DNA from: Candidatus Latescibacterota bacterium
GTDB lineage: Bacteria > Latescibacterota > UBA2968 > UBA8231
Direction of reading: 5' to 3'
Length of the DNA: 64,000 bases
Assembly (NCBI GenBank): GCA_965219385.1
Contig: CBDCNM010000002.1
Span: forward strand, 1,668,936 to 1,732,935
Numbering within the stretch: the first letter of the stretch is position 1; each line of letters starts with the position of its first letter. The notes below the pieces were generated by a model. That model saw nothing but the letters and a program-made list of their open reading frames with translations, was not told where the DNA came from and searched no databases. A program made the translations under genes and the position numbers. Positions 30,630 through 39,961 of this stretch are shown here, in pieces.

Positions 30630-31406
30630 GTGCAATCCATCATCATCGGCGCCGGCCGCGGCAACCGGCTGAACGCCCTGACCGATAGCCAGCCCAAAAG
30701 CTACGCCCCCATCGGCGGGCGGCGGATCTTAGACTGGCTACTGGAGGCGCTAGAAGAAGTCGGCCTGGACACCCCGGTCTTCATCGGCGGGTACCAGATT
30801 GACCTAATCCGCGCCGATTATCCCCACCTGACGTTCTGCCACAACACCGACTGGCCCAACAACAACATCCTGGCCTCCCTGTTCTACGCCGAGGAGCACA
30901 TGCGCGGGGGGTTCGTGTGCTCGTACGCAGATATCCTCTACCGCGGCAGCGTGGTGCGCCGCGCCCTGGAGCACGAAGGGGATATGGTGCTGTGCGTGGA
31001 CACGGACTGGAGGACCCGCTACGTGGATCGCACCCAGCACCCGGAAAATGACGCCGAAAAGGTGATCGCCCGGGCGGACCGCATCGTGCGCATAGACCGC
31101 GGCATTCCGGCCGCGGAGGCCAGCGGCGAGTACATCGGCGTGGCCCGCTTCAGCGCCGCGGCGGTGGAGTGGTTGCAGGCGCACTACAATCGGGTGAAGG
31201 AGATGTTTGCCGGCCGAGCCTGGAGGGATGGGACCGTGTTCGAGAAGGCCTACCTGATCCACCTGTTTCAGGACATGCTGGAACAGGGCCTGAACTTCCA
31301 CATGGTGACCACGGACGGGGAGTACATGGAGATCGACACCGAGGAAGACTTCGAGTTGGCCAATGCGCGCTGGCCAGAGGAGTACGGCGCGGGGGGAGAA
31401 AAGTAG
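30630..31406 (+). CDS. Nucleotidyltransferase (phosphocholine cytidylyltransferase/LicC-like NTP transferase)
   Basis: GTG start, 'IIIGAGRGNRL..LT..QPK', 'N.LASL', 'SYADI', 'GEYIG', 'MEIDTEED'. Confidence 0.85.
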   Translation: MQSIIIGAGRGNRLNALTDSQPKSYAPIGGRRILDWLLEALEEVGLDTPVFIGGYQIDLIRADYPHLTFCHNTDWPNNNILASLFYAEEHMRGGFVCSYADILYRGSVVRRALEHEGDMVLCVDTDWRTRYVDRTQHPENDAEKVIARADRIVRIDRGIPAAEASGEYIGVARFSAAAVEWLQAHYNRVKEMFAGRAWRDGTVFEKAYLIHLFQDMLEQGLNFHMVTTDGEYMEIDTEEDFELANARWPEEYGAGGEK

Positions 31407-31408
31407 CC

Positions 31409-32488
31409 ATGTCCACGATCGACGACTACGGGGTGCTCTTCCCCACCAGCGTGGTGGGGTCCATGCCGCGGCCGGATTTTGTCCGGGAAGTGGTGCTGGC
31501 TGAAAAGCCGCTGGCGCCCGAGCGCCAGGCGCAGACCATGGACGCGGCCGTGGCCTATGTGGTGGCCCTGCAGGAAGAGGCTGGCCTGGACATCGTCACC
31601 GACGGCGAGTGGCGCCGGGCTTCCTACATCGGCGTCATCGCCGAGCTGGCGCACGGTTTCGAGGTGGGGCGCAATCCGGCGGATGGGCGGCCCTGGACCG
31701 TGGTGGTGGAGCAACTATCTCCCAAGAGGCCGGGGTTTATCGTGGAGGAAGCCCGGTTTCTCAAGCGCGTGGCCCGCTCCCGGATCAAGGTGACCCTGCC
31801 GGCGCCAGCGCTTTTGGGCGAGCGCATGTGGGACGCGGAAAAGTCGGCGCTAGCCTATCCCACCCGGGAGGATTTTGTGCAGGCCTGCGTGCCCTTTTTG
31901 CGGCGCGAGGTGGAATTGCTGCGCGACGAAGGCGTGGACGTGGTGCAGATCGACGACCCGCATCTGTGCCTGCTGGTGGACCCCCAGGTGCGAGCCCACT
32001 ACGAGGACGCGGACAAGGAGGCGGATTTTTCCGCGGCCATGAACAACCAGGTGGTGGAGGGCACAGAGGGGGTCAAGCTGGCGGTGCATCTGTGCCGCCG
32101 GGCCGGGGCCCGGGTGCGCGGCGACGCGTGTCACACCGGCGGCTACGGTCCCATCGTCCTCTATTTGAACCGGCTCAAGGTACACCACCTGACCATGGAG
32201 TTTACCAACCCGGGAGCCGGAGACGCGGCGGTGTTCAAGGATTTGCGCCAGGACTTCGAGATCGGCCTGGGCTGTGTGGGGGTGCACCCGGGCAAGGTCG
32301 ATACTCCGGAGACCATTGTGGCGCGGGTCGAACAGGCCATGGAGTTTCTGGCGCCGGAGCGCATCGTGCTCAACCCGGACTGCGGCTTTGCGCCGGGCTC
32401 GGCCGCCCGGGGCGACATCGACGAGGTGTACCTCAAGCTCGAGAACGAGGTGGAGGCGGCGCGCCGGTTGCGGGAGAAATATGGGTAG
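31409..32488 (+). CDS. Cobalamin-independent methionine synthase, single-barrel (MetE C-terminal-like) family protein
   Basis: 'TSVVGSMPRP', 'QEEAGLDIVTDGE.RR', Zn ligands 'HLC', 'MEF' and 'NPDCGF'. Confidence 0.88.
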   Translation: MSTIDDYGVLFPTSVVGSMPRPDFVREVVLAEKPLAPERQAQTMDAAVAYVVALQEEAGLDIVTDGEWRRASYIGVIAELAHGFEVGRNPADGRPWTVVVEQLSPKRPGFIVEEARFLKRVARSRIKVTLPAPALLGERMWDAEKSALAYPTREDFVQACVPFLRREVELLRDEGVDVVQIDDPHLCLLVDPQVRAHYEDADKEADFSAAMNNQVVEGTEGVKLAVHLCRRAGARVRGDACHTGGYGPIVLYLNRLKVHHLTMEFTNPGAGDAAVFKDLRQDFEIGLGCVGVHPGKVDTPETIVARVEQAMEFLAPERIVLNPDCGFAPGSAARGDIDEVYLKLENEVEAARRLREKYG

Positions 32489-32612
32489 CGACTGCGGCTG
32501 ATCCTCAGACTGATTTCCCACCGGCTGGCGGCGCTGAAATACAGCTTCCGTCAATTCACCGCTTTTCGATTGCCCCTTGCCTCGCGGTCAGCCTACCGAG
32601 GTCGCTCACCCA
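32484..32612 (-). pseudogene. Decayed VapC/PIN toxin fragment
   Basis: 'WVSDLGRLTAR..AIE', then after a frameshift 'KLYFSAASRWEISLRIS'. This matches the VapC pattern W..D..RLS.....IE....FSAAS.WEI.IK. Confidence 0.45.
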
Positions 32613-33910
32613 CTTCCCGGCGCCCGCCGGATCCACACGCGGATGCGGGCAAGAGAAGGAAGGGGGATATCCGGGGCCGCGGCCCGGAGCCGGTTGTGGA
32701 CCTCCTCGGCAGATAACTGGCCCAGCTCTTCCAACGAACGGATGCCCGCCTGCAAAAGTAGATTTCCGCACTCCACCCCAATGCCCTGGTGCAGGTAGAG
32801 TTGCGCGAGGCGTTTGAGTTTTGCCAGGCGTTGGGCATCCAGGTCTTCTTCCAATCCTTGCCACAGCCTTGCGGCTCTCCAGCCTTCCAGATCGGTCAGG
32901 TAGTGGATACTGCGACTTTCCAGACGTGAAAGGGTGTGCTGGTCGAGGCCGTCTACCTGAGTCAGTCGGGGCGTTAAAGAGGTCGTGGTCATCCGATCCA
33001 AGTAGTGGAGCACCACCAGGGCGAAAACAGCGGCCAGGAGGCCGGTAGCAAACCTTGAAACGGGACGAACCGGCTCCGGCCTCTGCCGGGTAAAGGCGCC
33101 GAAGGAGGGCGCCAGCCGGTGCCAGACCAGGAAGCGGTAGAGGATGGCGCACCCCACGGCAAAGGGCGGGAAACCCAGAAACCCGGCCAGGGGCATTTCG
33201 AACAGCTTCAACTCGTCGAAGAAGGGCACGGTGTAGATCCACTTGGCCCGGGCCCAGAAGTTGAAAAATTCCCACAACAGCCCGGCGATGAGACCGGCCA
33301 GAAGCAGGCGGAGAAAGGGACCGTAGTCGCCCGCCTCGAACTGGCGCAGGAAACCATCGCTGTTGTGGCGGTAGTGGATCGGCTCCAGGATCAGGACCAG
33401 GGCCAGCCAGATCAGGGGGAAGAAGTAGGTGGGAAAGAGCAGGGGCAGGGCCAGGCACAAGAAGCCGGCCGCGCCCAGGAGGCGACGCCCGGAGGCGGAA
33501 AAGCGCAGGGGGCGGCCCCGCCCTTTAGCCCCTACCCCGCGCAGGGCCAGATAGTGCTCGATCCAGAAGATGCCGGGAAAGACCGTGGCAAAGGCCACCA
33601 AGGTATTGGCGTGGCGCAGGACGGGCTGGGCGGGTGCGAATACGTAGTACCAGTTTTGCAGGCGCAGGTTGATCAGCTCGAAAAACAGCCAGCTCACCGC
33701 CGACCAGAACAGCACCAGGAAAAAGCCCGGACCGCAGCGACCGATCAGGGAGCGCCCTTCGCGGTGGAGGATCAGCCGGTCCAGGGTGAAGATCAGTCCG
33801 TACCAGGCGCACAGGTAGAAGAAGGTGGCAAAGGGCTCCATGCGCTGGAGCATCAGGACCAAGCTGACGACGATGAAAAGCGGCCCGAGCACGAGCAGGA
33901 AATGGCGCAT
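32606..33910 (-). CDS. Multi-pass membrane protein with C-terminal HhH-like (DUF4332-like) domain
   Basis: 'FELINLRLQNW.Y', 'WEFFNFWA.AKW.Y', 'FEMPLAGFLGFPPF', then 'GIG.ECG.LL..AGIRSLEEL...IRVWIR.A'. Confidence 0.72.
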   Translation of the reverse strand: MRHFLLVLGPLFIVVSLVLMLQRMEPFATFFYLCAWYGLIFTLDRLILHREGRSLIGRCGPGFFLVLFWSAVSWLFFELINLRLQNWYYVFAPAQPVLRHANTLVAFATVFPGIFWIEHYLALRGVGAKGRGRPLRFSASGRRLLGAAGFLCLALPLLFPTYFFPLIWLALVLILEPIHYRHNSDGFLRQFEAGDYGPFLRLLLAGLIAGLLWEFFNFWARAKWIYTVPFFDELKLFEMPLAGFLGFPPFAVGCAILYRFLVWHRLAPSFGAFTRQRPEPVRPVSRFATGLLAAVFALVVLHYLDRMTTTSLTPRLTQVDGLDQHTLSRLESRSIHYLTDLEGWRAARLWQGLEEDLDAQRLAKLKRLAQLYLHQGIGVECGNLLLQAGIRSLEELGQLSAEEVHNRLRAAAPDIPLPSLARIRVWIRRAPGSG

Positions 33911-33948
33911 CGTGGTCCCCCTTCCTTTTAGAAGCCTTCTTAGCCTTC

Positions 33949-34968
33949 TTAAAACCCCCGCTGGCGTTCGACGATGAGCTGGTGGCGGATGGCCGCGATT
34001 TCCTCGGGCGTGACCCCGGTGGAGAGCAGATAGTTCTCGGCTCTTTCCATGTAACCGTTTCCAAAAGGCGCCAGGGCGTCCAGCAGGCCCTGAAAGCCCT
34101 CCGAGGCGGTGTCGCGCTCTCCCGAGCCGGACAGAGAGGTCAAGTTGTAGTCGCGGAAGAGGTCCTCTTCGGCCACGCCCAGCAGCGCTTTCAGCACGAA
34201 GGCTAGGGTGCCGGCCCGATCGGCGCCGGCGGCGCAGTGGAAGAGGATGGGGTAGTTCGAGGGCTGCGCAAAAAGCTCAAACACCCTGGGGTAGTTCTCC
34301 TTGTCCTCATCCTCGCAAATCCGGCCATAGCCCAGGATGGGGATATTGATGTACTGGACCCGGTCCTGGTCCAGTACGGGCAGGGTCTCTTCCTGGTCGC
34401 TCCAGCGGATATCCAGGTCGGTGCGGATGCCGAGCTGGTGCGTCAGTACCTCTTTGCCTTGGGGGGTGATTTCCCGGCCGCCGTTGAGTTGGCCGCTGCG
34501 GTAGACCATGCCCTGACGCACCATGCGGTTGCCGGGCAGAGGCCAGCCCCCCAGGTCGCGGACATTGGTGATGCCCGGCACCTCGATCCAGCGAGGGGTG
34601 GCAGGGTGGGTCACAAAGCGCCAGACGGGCGACTCGGCTATCGGGTCGTTTCTGCGTCGGGCAATCACCTTCCAGGCATAGGATGTGTCGAGGAAGAGGT
34701 GCGCTACTTCGGCTCTGGGTTCGGCCAGGTCTTCCAGGATCAGGGGATCGGCCAGGTCGGCATAGAGGGAAAGGTGCAAATCGTATTTGAGGGGGCCGTC
34801 CTCTCCGGCAGGGGCTTTCCAGGCGAAGGAGACGGGGCGGGGCAGGCCTCTGTCTTCGGGGGGGGCCTCGGGATCGGCCTGGGGCAGGGGGGCAGCCGGC
34901 CATGGATGTAGTTGCAGAGGGTCTGTCATGGAGCCGTTGAGGGGGTGGGTGAGTTTTATGTCGGGCAC
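33949..34968 (-). CDS. Tyrosine/lipid phosphatase (Y_phosphatase3 type) with N-terminal fibronectin-like domain
   Basis: 'NVRDLGG', 'YRSG', 'DLDIR', P-loop 'HCAAGADRAG'. GTG start with GGAGG RBS. Confidence 0.85.
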   Translation of the reverse strand: MPDIKLTHPLNGSMTDPLQLHPWPAAPLPQADPEAPPEDRGLPRPVSFAWKAPAGEDGPLKYDLHLSLYADLADPLILEDLAEPRAEVAHLFLDTSYAWKVIARRRNDPIAESPVWRFVTHPATPRWIEVPGITNVRDLGGWPLPGNRMVRQGMVYRSGQLNGGREITPQGKEVLTHQLGIRTDLDIRWSDQEETLPVLDQDRVQYINIPILGYGRICEDEDKENYPRVFELFAQPSNYPILFHCAAGADRAGTLAFVLKALLGVAEEDLFRDYNLTSLSGSGERDTASEGFQGLLDALAPFGNGYMERAENYLLSTGVTPEEIAAIRHQLIVERQRGF

Positions 34969-35071
34969 CTGTATCCTCCGTTCTGGGGGTGTAGGGCAGG
35001 GAGATTTTAAAATAAACCGGGACAGGGTGGTGGGCAAGAACTTGACGCTTGCAGAGGAGTTTGCTACTTAG

Positions 35072-36518
35072 CTCGATTTTATCCAAACGCGCATGGCAGG
35101 AGGCCGGTATCCTCCGTACTGTTGATGGTATCCAAGCATCGACAGCCCAGGAGAAACCGATGAGCCCCCTGCCGAAAGATATAATAACGATTTTGTCGCC
35201 CTTTGCCCCCCTTTTTTCGAGCCGCGTTTGGCCGCAGGCTCAGACGCTGTTGGTCGGGGCGCTGTTAGCCCCGGGTAAACGCACGGTCAGCGCCGTGTTG
35301 GAGGTGTTGGGCTTGAGCCAACAGCCTACCTTTCAAACCTACCACCGGATCCTCAACCGCTGTGTGTGGTCGCCCCTGGCCGGCAGTAAGCTACTCCTCC
35401 AGGCGTTGGTGGCCGCCTTTGCCCCCCACGGGCCCCTGGTCCTGGGCCTGGATGAGACCATCGAGCGGCGCCGGGGCGCCCAGATTGGGGCCCGAGGCAT
35501 CTACCGGGATCCCGTCCGCTCGAGTGGGCCCCACCTGGTCAAGGCTAGCGGCTTGCGCTGGCTGTCGTTGATGCTGGTAGCGCCTATCCCTTGGGCGGAT
35601 CGAAGTTGGGCCTTACCCTTTATGAGTGTGCTGTGTCCGTCGGCCCGCTACTATACTCAGCGCCAGCGCACCCCCCTCACCCTGTTGCAACGGGGGCAGA
35701 CTATGCTCAAGCTGGTAGCGCGCTGGCTGCCCACCCGCCGGCTGGTCGTGGTCGCCGATAGCACCTTCTCCGCCTTGGCCTTTCTCGACGCGGTTCGGCC
35801 CCACGTGGGGCTGATTACCCGCTTGCGGTTGGATGCGGCCCTGTATGACCCACCACCAACCCGCACGCCGCACACGCGGGGACGCCCCCGCGGCAAAGGC
35901 GCCCGGCAGCCCACCCTCCAGCAGCACCTGGACGATCCGACTACCCCTTGGCACCCCCTCACCCTGGACCGGTGGTATGCCGCCGGCCCCTATACAGTGG
36001 AAACCTACAGCCAAACGGCGCTGTGGTATCACACTGGCTTGCCCGCCGTGCCCCTCCGCTGGCTGCTGATCCGAGACCCGGCCGGCCGCTTCGCGCCCCA
36101 AGCCTTGCTCTCGACCGATGTGCGTCTGTCCCCTCGGCAAATGCTGACCTATTTTCTCCAACGCTGGTCGGTAGAAACTACCTTTGAGGAAGCCCGCGCC
36201 CATCTGGGCATGGAAACCCAACGCCAATGGAATGAGCGGGCCATTGCCCGGACCACGCCGGTCATCTTGGCCTTGTTTAGTCTGGTCGCCCTCATCGCCA
36301 ATCGGCTGGCCCCCAAAAGCGCCTCCCCCTGCCATGCCACGGCCTGGTATGGCAAACGAAAACCCACCTTTTCCGATGCCGTGGCCTGGGTCCGACAACG
36401 GCTCTGGCAGGCTTTTTCCAACCTGCCCAACCAACACGACCTGATAAAAATCCCTCGAAGCCTACTCAACCGCTTGATACACACCGTCTCGTACGCTACA
36501 TAAATGGATAAAGTCGAG
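35072..36518 (+). mobile_element. Complete IS701-family insertion sequence
   Basis: Terminal inverted repeats CTCGATTTTATCCA (35072-35085) and TGGATAAAGTCGAG (36505-36518), 13/14 match. Flanked by the 5-bp direct repeat CTTAG (35067-35071 and 36519-36523). Confidence 0.9.
35160..36503 (+). CDS. IS701-family DDE transposase
   Basis: 'LGLDETIERR.G', 'VADSTF', 'RW.VETTFEEARAHLG'. Intact 447-aa frame. Confidence 0.9.
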   Translation: MSPLPKDIITILSPFAPLFSSRVWPQAQTLLVGALLAPGKRTVSAVLEVLGLSQQPTFQTYHRILNRCVWSPLAGSKLLLQALVAAFAPHGPLVLGLDETIERRRGAQIGARGIYRDPVRSSGPHLVKASGLRWLSLMLVAPIPWADRSWALPFMSVLCPSARYYTQRQRTPLTLLQRGQTMLKLVARWLPTRRLVVVADSTFSALAFLDAVRPHVGLITRLRLDAALYDPPPTRTPHTRGRPRGKGARQPTLQQHLDDPTTPWHPLTLDRWYAAGPYTVETYSQTALWYHTGLPAVPLRWLLIRDPAGRFAPQALLSTDVRLSPRQMLTYFLQRWSVETTFEEARAHLGMETQRQWNERAIARTTPVILALFSLVALIANRLAPKSASPCHATAWYGKRKPTFSDAVAWVRQRLWQAFSNLPNQHDLIKIPRSLLNRLIHTVSYAT

Positions 36519-36582
36519 CTTAGAGACTGTTTTAAAACCCCGAACGGGTCTATACTTGAGCATTTCGAGGGGGGAAATCTAC

Positions 36583-37362
36583 ATGCAACCTATCGAGTCG
36601 ACGACCAATCCCTTTGGCGGGACCCTGCCCAGGCCCGAGGCGCTGGACCCCGATCCGGACCAGTTCGCGCACCAGCTTCAGCACTCCCTGAAGGTCTGGA
36701 AGGAGCAGGACTTCAAGGTGGCGTGGCTGGAGGTCCCCATCGCCAAGTCCCAGCTGATTCCCGTGGCAGTGAAGGCAGGGTTCATTTTTCACCACAGCAG
36801 CCAGGACTACCTCATGCTCACCTTCCGCCTGGAGGAAGGCGCCTTCATTCCGGCTCACGCCTCGCACTACATCGGCGCCGGAGGCGTGACCCTGAACGAG
36901 CGCGAGGAATTGCTGGTGGTCAGCGAGAGGTACCACAGGACCAACAACAGCGGCCCTCCGCGCTACAAACTCCCCGGCGGCGCCCTGCACGAAGGCGAGC
37001 ACCTGGTGGGGGGGGTGATCCGGGAGGTGCTGGAGGAGACCGGGGTGCAGACCCGCTTCGGGGCCCTGGTTTGCTTTCGCCACTGGCACGGCTATCGCTA
37101 CGGCAAGTCGGACATTTACTTTGTCTGCCGCCTGCACCCGCTGAGCGAGGAGATTTCCATCCAGGAGGAGGAGATCGCCGAGTGTTTGTGGATGCCGACC
37201 GCGGACTACCTCAGCGATGAAAACGTCAGCCCCTTCAACAAGCACATCGTGCAGGCGGCGCTGCAGAGCCCGGGCGTGGTGCCCGCCCAGATCGAAGGGT
37301 ATGCCGAGCCCGAGAAGTACGAGTTTTTCATGCCTCCGGAAGGCGGCTTTTACACCCCCTGA
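36583..37362 (+). CDS. NUDIX hydrolase with N-terminal pre-Nudix domain (NUDT6/AtNUDT-like)
   Basis: 'SLKVWKEQ..K.AWLEVPI....LIPVAV..GF.FHH', 'P.HASH.IGAGG', Nudix box 'PGG.LHEGE......IREVLEETGV'. Confidence 0.85.
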   Translation: MQPIESTTNPFGGTLPRPEALDPDPDQFAHQLQHSLKVWKEQDFKVAWLEVPIAKSQLIPVAVKAGFIFHHSSQDYLMLTFRLEEGAFIPAHASHYIGAGGVTLNEREELLVVSERYHRTNNSGPPRYKLPGGALHEGEHLVGGVIREVLEETGVQTRFGALVCFRHWHGYRYGKSDIYFVCRLHPLSEEISIQEEEIAECLWMPTADYLSDENVSPFNKHIVQAALQSPGVVPAQIEGYAEPEKYEFFMPPEGGFYTP

Positions 37363-38127
37363 TCAGCGGGCGGAAATGCCCCCGTCCACCATGTACACCC
37401 CACCGGTGCAATAGCGGCTGTCGTCGCTGGCCAGAAACAGCATCAGCCGGGCCACTTCCGCGGGGGTGCCGTAGCGCTTGAGGGGAATCGTGGCGGTGAT
37501 GGCCTCCCGGGCCCTTGGCGCGGCGCCGGGGGCGAGGCCCTCCTCCAGGGAACGCATCATGCGGGTCTCGACGGGGGCGGGGTTGACGGTGTTGACGCGG
37601 ATGCCCAGGGGAGCGCACTCCAGGGCGGCGGTGCGCATCAAACCGATGACCGCGTGCTTGCTGGTCACATAAGCCGACAGGTTGCGGGCTCCTTCGATGC
37701 CGGAAACGGAGGAGGTGATGACGATGCTGCCCCCGCTGGTCCGCATCGCGGGGATGGCGTACTTGAGTCCCAGCCAGGCGCCGCGCACGTTGACGGCCAT
37801 GACCTGGTCGAAGGCCTCTATGGGGTAGTCGGGGATGGGTTGCACCACCCCCTCGATGCCGGCGTTGTTGACAAATACGTCAATGCCGCCGTAGCGCTCC
37901 ACGGCGGTCTGCACGTAGTGCTGGACCTGCTCGGGCTGGGTGACATCGGCTTCGACCCAGCTGGCCGGGTCGCCGCCCAGGGTTTGAACGGCTTCTTTGA
38001 GGGCTTGGGAGTCGCGATCGACCAGCAGGACGCGGGCGCCCTCCGCGGCGAACAGTTCACCGGCTGCGCGGCCGATCTCGCCGGCGCCTCCTGTTATGAC
38101 TGCGGTCTTATTGGTCAGTTTTCCCAT
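37363..38127 (-). CDS. Short-chain dehydrogenase/reductase (SDR)
   Basis: 'VITGGAGEIG', 'NNAGI', 'YVTSKHA' (YxxxK), 'IRVNTVNP', 'VDGG'. Confidence 0.93.
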   Translation of the reverse strand: MGKLTNKTAVITGGAGEIGRAAGELFAAEGARVLLVDRDSQALKEAVQTLGGDPASWVEADVTQPEQVQHYVQTAVERYGGIDVFVNNAGIEGVVQPIPDYPIEAFDQVMAVNVRGAWLGLKYAIPAMRTSGGSIVITSSVSGIEGARNLSAYVTSKHAVIGLMRTAALECAPLGIRVNTVNPAPVETRMMRSLEEGLAPGAAPRAREAITATIPLKRYGTPAEVARLMLFLASDDSRYCTGGVYMVDGGISAR

Positions 38128-38154
38128 AATCACTACTTCAATTGTTCTAAAAGG

Positions 38155-39315
38155 TCATGGGAGCGCTTGCAGGAGGCGGTCTATATCTTCCTGGTTGTTG
38201 TACACCGAAGGGGATATCCGCATCTTGTTGCCAAAGCGCATCGCCACATGGACGTCGGCGTTTCGGAGTTGTTTCATGGTTGTTTCGGGATCTTTCACCT
38301 CGAAGGCCAGGATGGGGCTCTCGTTTCCCCGCGGCGTGATGGAGGGATACCCGCGGGCGGGTAGTTCCTCTTGCAGGCGGTCGGTGAGGGTGCGGGCGTG
38401 GTTGCGGATGTTGTGGACGCCGAGCCGGAGGATGTACCTCAGGCTCTCCTGGGCGCACACGGCCCCTTCGTAGGAGGGGTAACTGACTTCGTAACGGGAC
38501 GCCCCGGAAGCCGACGAGGCAATGATCTCGGGGACGGTCGGATCCGGCTCTTCGACCCAGGGGGCATAGTTGAGGCGCACGCCGCCGGAGGGCTGACTCG
38601 GCTTCACCACGTTTCCCTGGAGGTCCGCCCGCACGTAGAGGAAGCCGAAGCCCTTGACGCCCATGAGCCATTTAAAGGTCGAGCACGCGGCAAAGTCGAT
38701 GCCCATGGCTTTGACGTCTATGGGCACGGCCCCGGCGCCCTGGATGATATCGGCATAAAGATAGGCGCCGTGGGCGTGGGCCAGGTCGCCGAGCGCCTTC
38801 ACGTCCGCCAGATAACCGTTGACGTTGGAGACCAGGGTGGTGGCAATCAGTCGGGTGTTGCAATCCACGGCGCGCTCCAGGTCGCGGAGGTCAATTTGCC
38901 AATCGCGGTGTTTGACGATGCGCACCTCGAGGCCGTCCTGCTGCCGTATCTTGTAGTTGTGGAGGGCCGCATTGAAGTGCAGATCGTGGGTCACGATGTT
39001 GCCCCCGGAGAGGTGCTCCTGCATGCCGTTGAGCAGGTTGCTCTCGGCCTCGATGGTGCTGCGGGCAAAGGCGATTTCCTCTGGCCCGGCATTGACCAGC
39101 CGGGCGAAGAGCCGGCGGGTTTCGTCGTGGGGCCCGGCCCACAAGGGCCACCACGGCTCGCCCACTTCGTGGGTGAGCCAGTCGACGTAGCGGTGCAGGG
39201 CCGCGGCCGAGTGCACGCTGAGGGGGTGGGACGAGGCGTTGTCGAGGTAGGCGGCGCTGCGGACCCGCGGGAAGTCGGTGCGGACGACATCGAAGTCGAT
39301 TGGACCTTGATTCAC
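38155..39315 (-). CDS. PLP-dependent aminotransferase class V family protein
   Basis: 'YLDNASS', 'YADIIQGAG..P.DV', PLP Lys 'STFKWLMG..G.GFLYV', 'RISPSVYN...DID'. Confidence 0.9.
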   Translation of the reverse strand: MNQGPIDFDVVRTDFPRVRSAAYLDNASSHPLSVHSAAALHRYVDWLTHEVGEPWWPLWAGPHDETRRLFARLVNAGPEEIAFARSTIEAESNLLNGMQEHLSGGNIVTHDLHFNAALHNYKIRQQDGLEVRIVKHRDWQIDLRDLERAVDCNTRLIATTLVSNVNGYLADVKALGDLAHAHGAYLYADIIQGAGAVPIDVKAMGIDFAACSTFKWLMGVKGFGFLYVRADLQGNVVKPSQPSGGVRLNYAPWVEEPDPTVPEIIASSASGASRYEVSYPSYEGAVCAQESLRYILRLGVHNIRNHARTLTDRLQEELPARGYPSITPRGNESPILAFEVKDPETTMKQLRNADVHVAMRFGNKMRISPSVYNNQEDIDRLLQALP

Positions 39316-39431
39316 GCTGGCCCTCCAGGTCTACTAGGCACGCTCTGGGCCGTTTCTCTCATCCGGCAGGCTCTTCCTTTTCTTCTGCCGCCGCTTCCGG
39401 TGATGATGGCTACCTTGCCTTCGAGTCGCAT
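39312..39431 (-). pseudogene. SDR N-terminal relic (39-aa minigene)
   Basis: RBS GGAGGGA, then MRLEGKVAIITGSGG followed by unrelated sequence. Its stop overlaps the next GTG. Confidence 0.7.
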
Positions 39432-39440
39432 GAGTCCCTC

Positions 39441-39911
39441 CTAATCCTGGGTGGAAAAATCGAATGTGGTAGGTGCGGCAATTTTGAGGTAATCCTCGAC
39501 CTCCATGACGATGGAGTCGGTCAGGGAGCCGGCGTTGAAGGCGATCCGCTGATTTGTGGTGATGGAGTGGTCCACGTAAAGGTCAAAGGGCAGGAGCGGC
39601 TCGCCAAAGGGCGGCACCGAGCCGGGGACCAGCCCGGTGAGTTCCAGCAACTCGTCGGGGGTCGCAAAGCGGAGTTTCCTGGCCCTGAAATGGTCTTTTA
39701 TGCGGGCGGAATCCAGCCTCAGGGCAGCGCTCAGAACGAAGAGTTTGAAGGATGTACCGACCTTGAGCAGGATGGCCTTGCCACCGATCGAGAGATCTTC
39801 GTTGCGGGCTCTGGCCGCCGCGGCCGAGGTGGGGGTGGGCTGGTGGTGCACCTGGCGGTAGGAGATGGCGTGCTGGTCCAGCAGGTCTTTGATGGCGCGA
39901 GCGGTCGTCAT
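39441..39911 (-). CDS. YbaK/ProX-type aminoacyl-tRNA deacylase
   Basis: 'H.PT.TS..AA..R', 'KAILLK', 'LRFATPDEL..LTGL.PGSVPPFG', 'FNAG'. Confidence 0.88.
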   Translation of the reverse strand: MTTARAIKDLLDQHAISYRQVHHQPTPTSAAAARARNEDLSIGGKAILLKVGTSFKLFVLSAALRLDSARIKDHFRARKLRFATPDELLELTGLVPGSVPPFGEPLLPFDLYVDHSITTNQRIAFNAGSLTDSIVMEVEDYLKIAAPTTFDFSTQD

Positions 39912-39929
39912 GGGCTTTGCATGCAGGGT

Positions 39930-39961
39930 GTCCAGTTCGGCTTTTGCCGGGTGGACTTTTT
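39930..39961 (+). terminator. Rho-independent terminator-like hairpin (plus strand)
   Basis: GTCCA-GTTCGGC-TTTT-GCCGGG-TGGAC followed by TTTTT. Confidence 0.5.

Noticed and set aside
29496..31406. 636-aa fusion ORF
   Set aside because: The N-terminal part is an off-frame read of the oxidoreductase. The real gene starts at GTG 30630.
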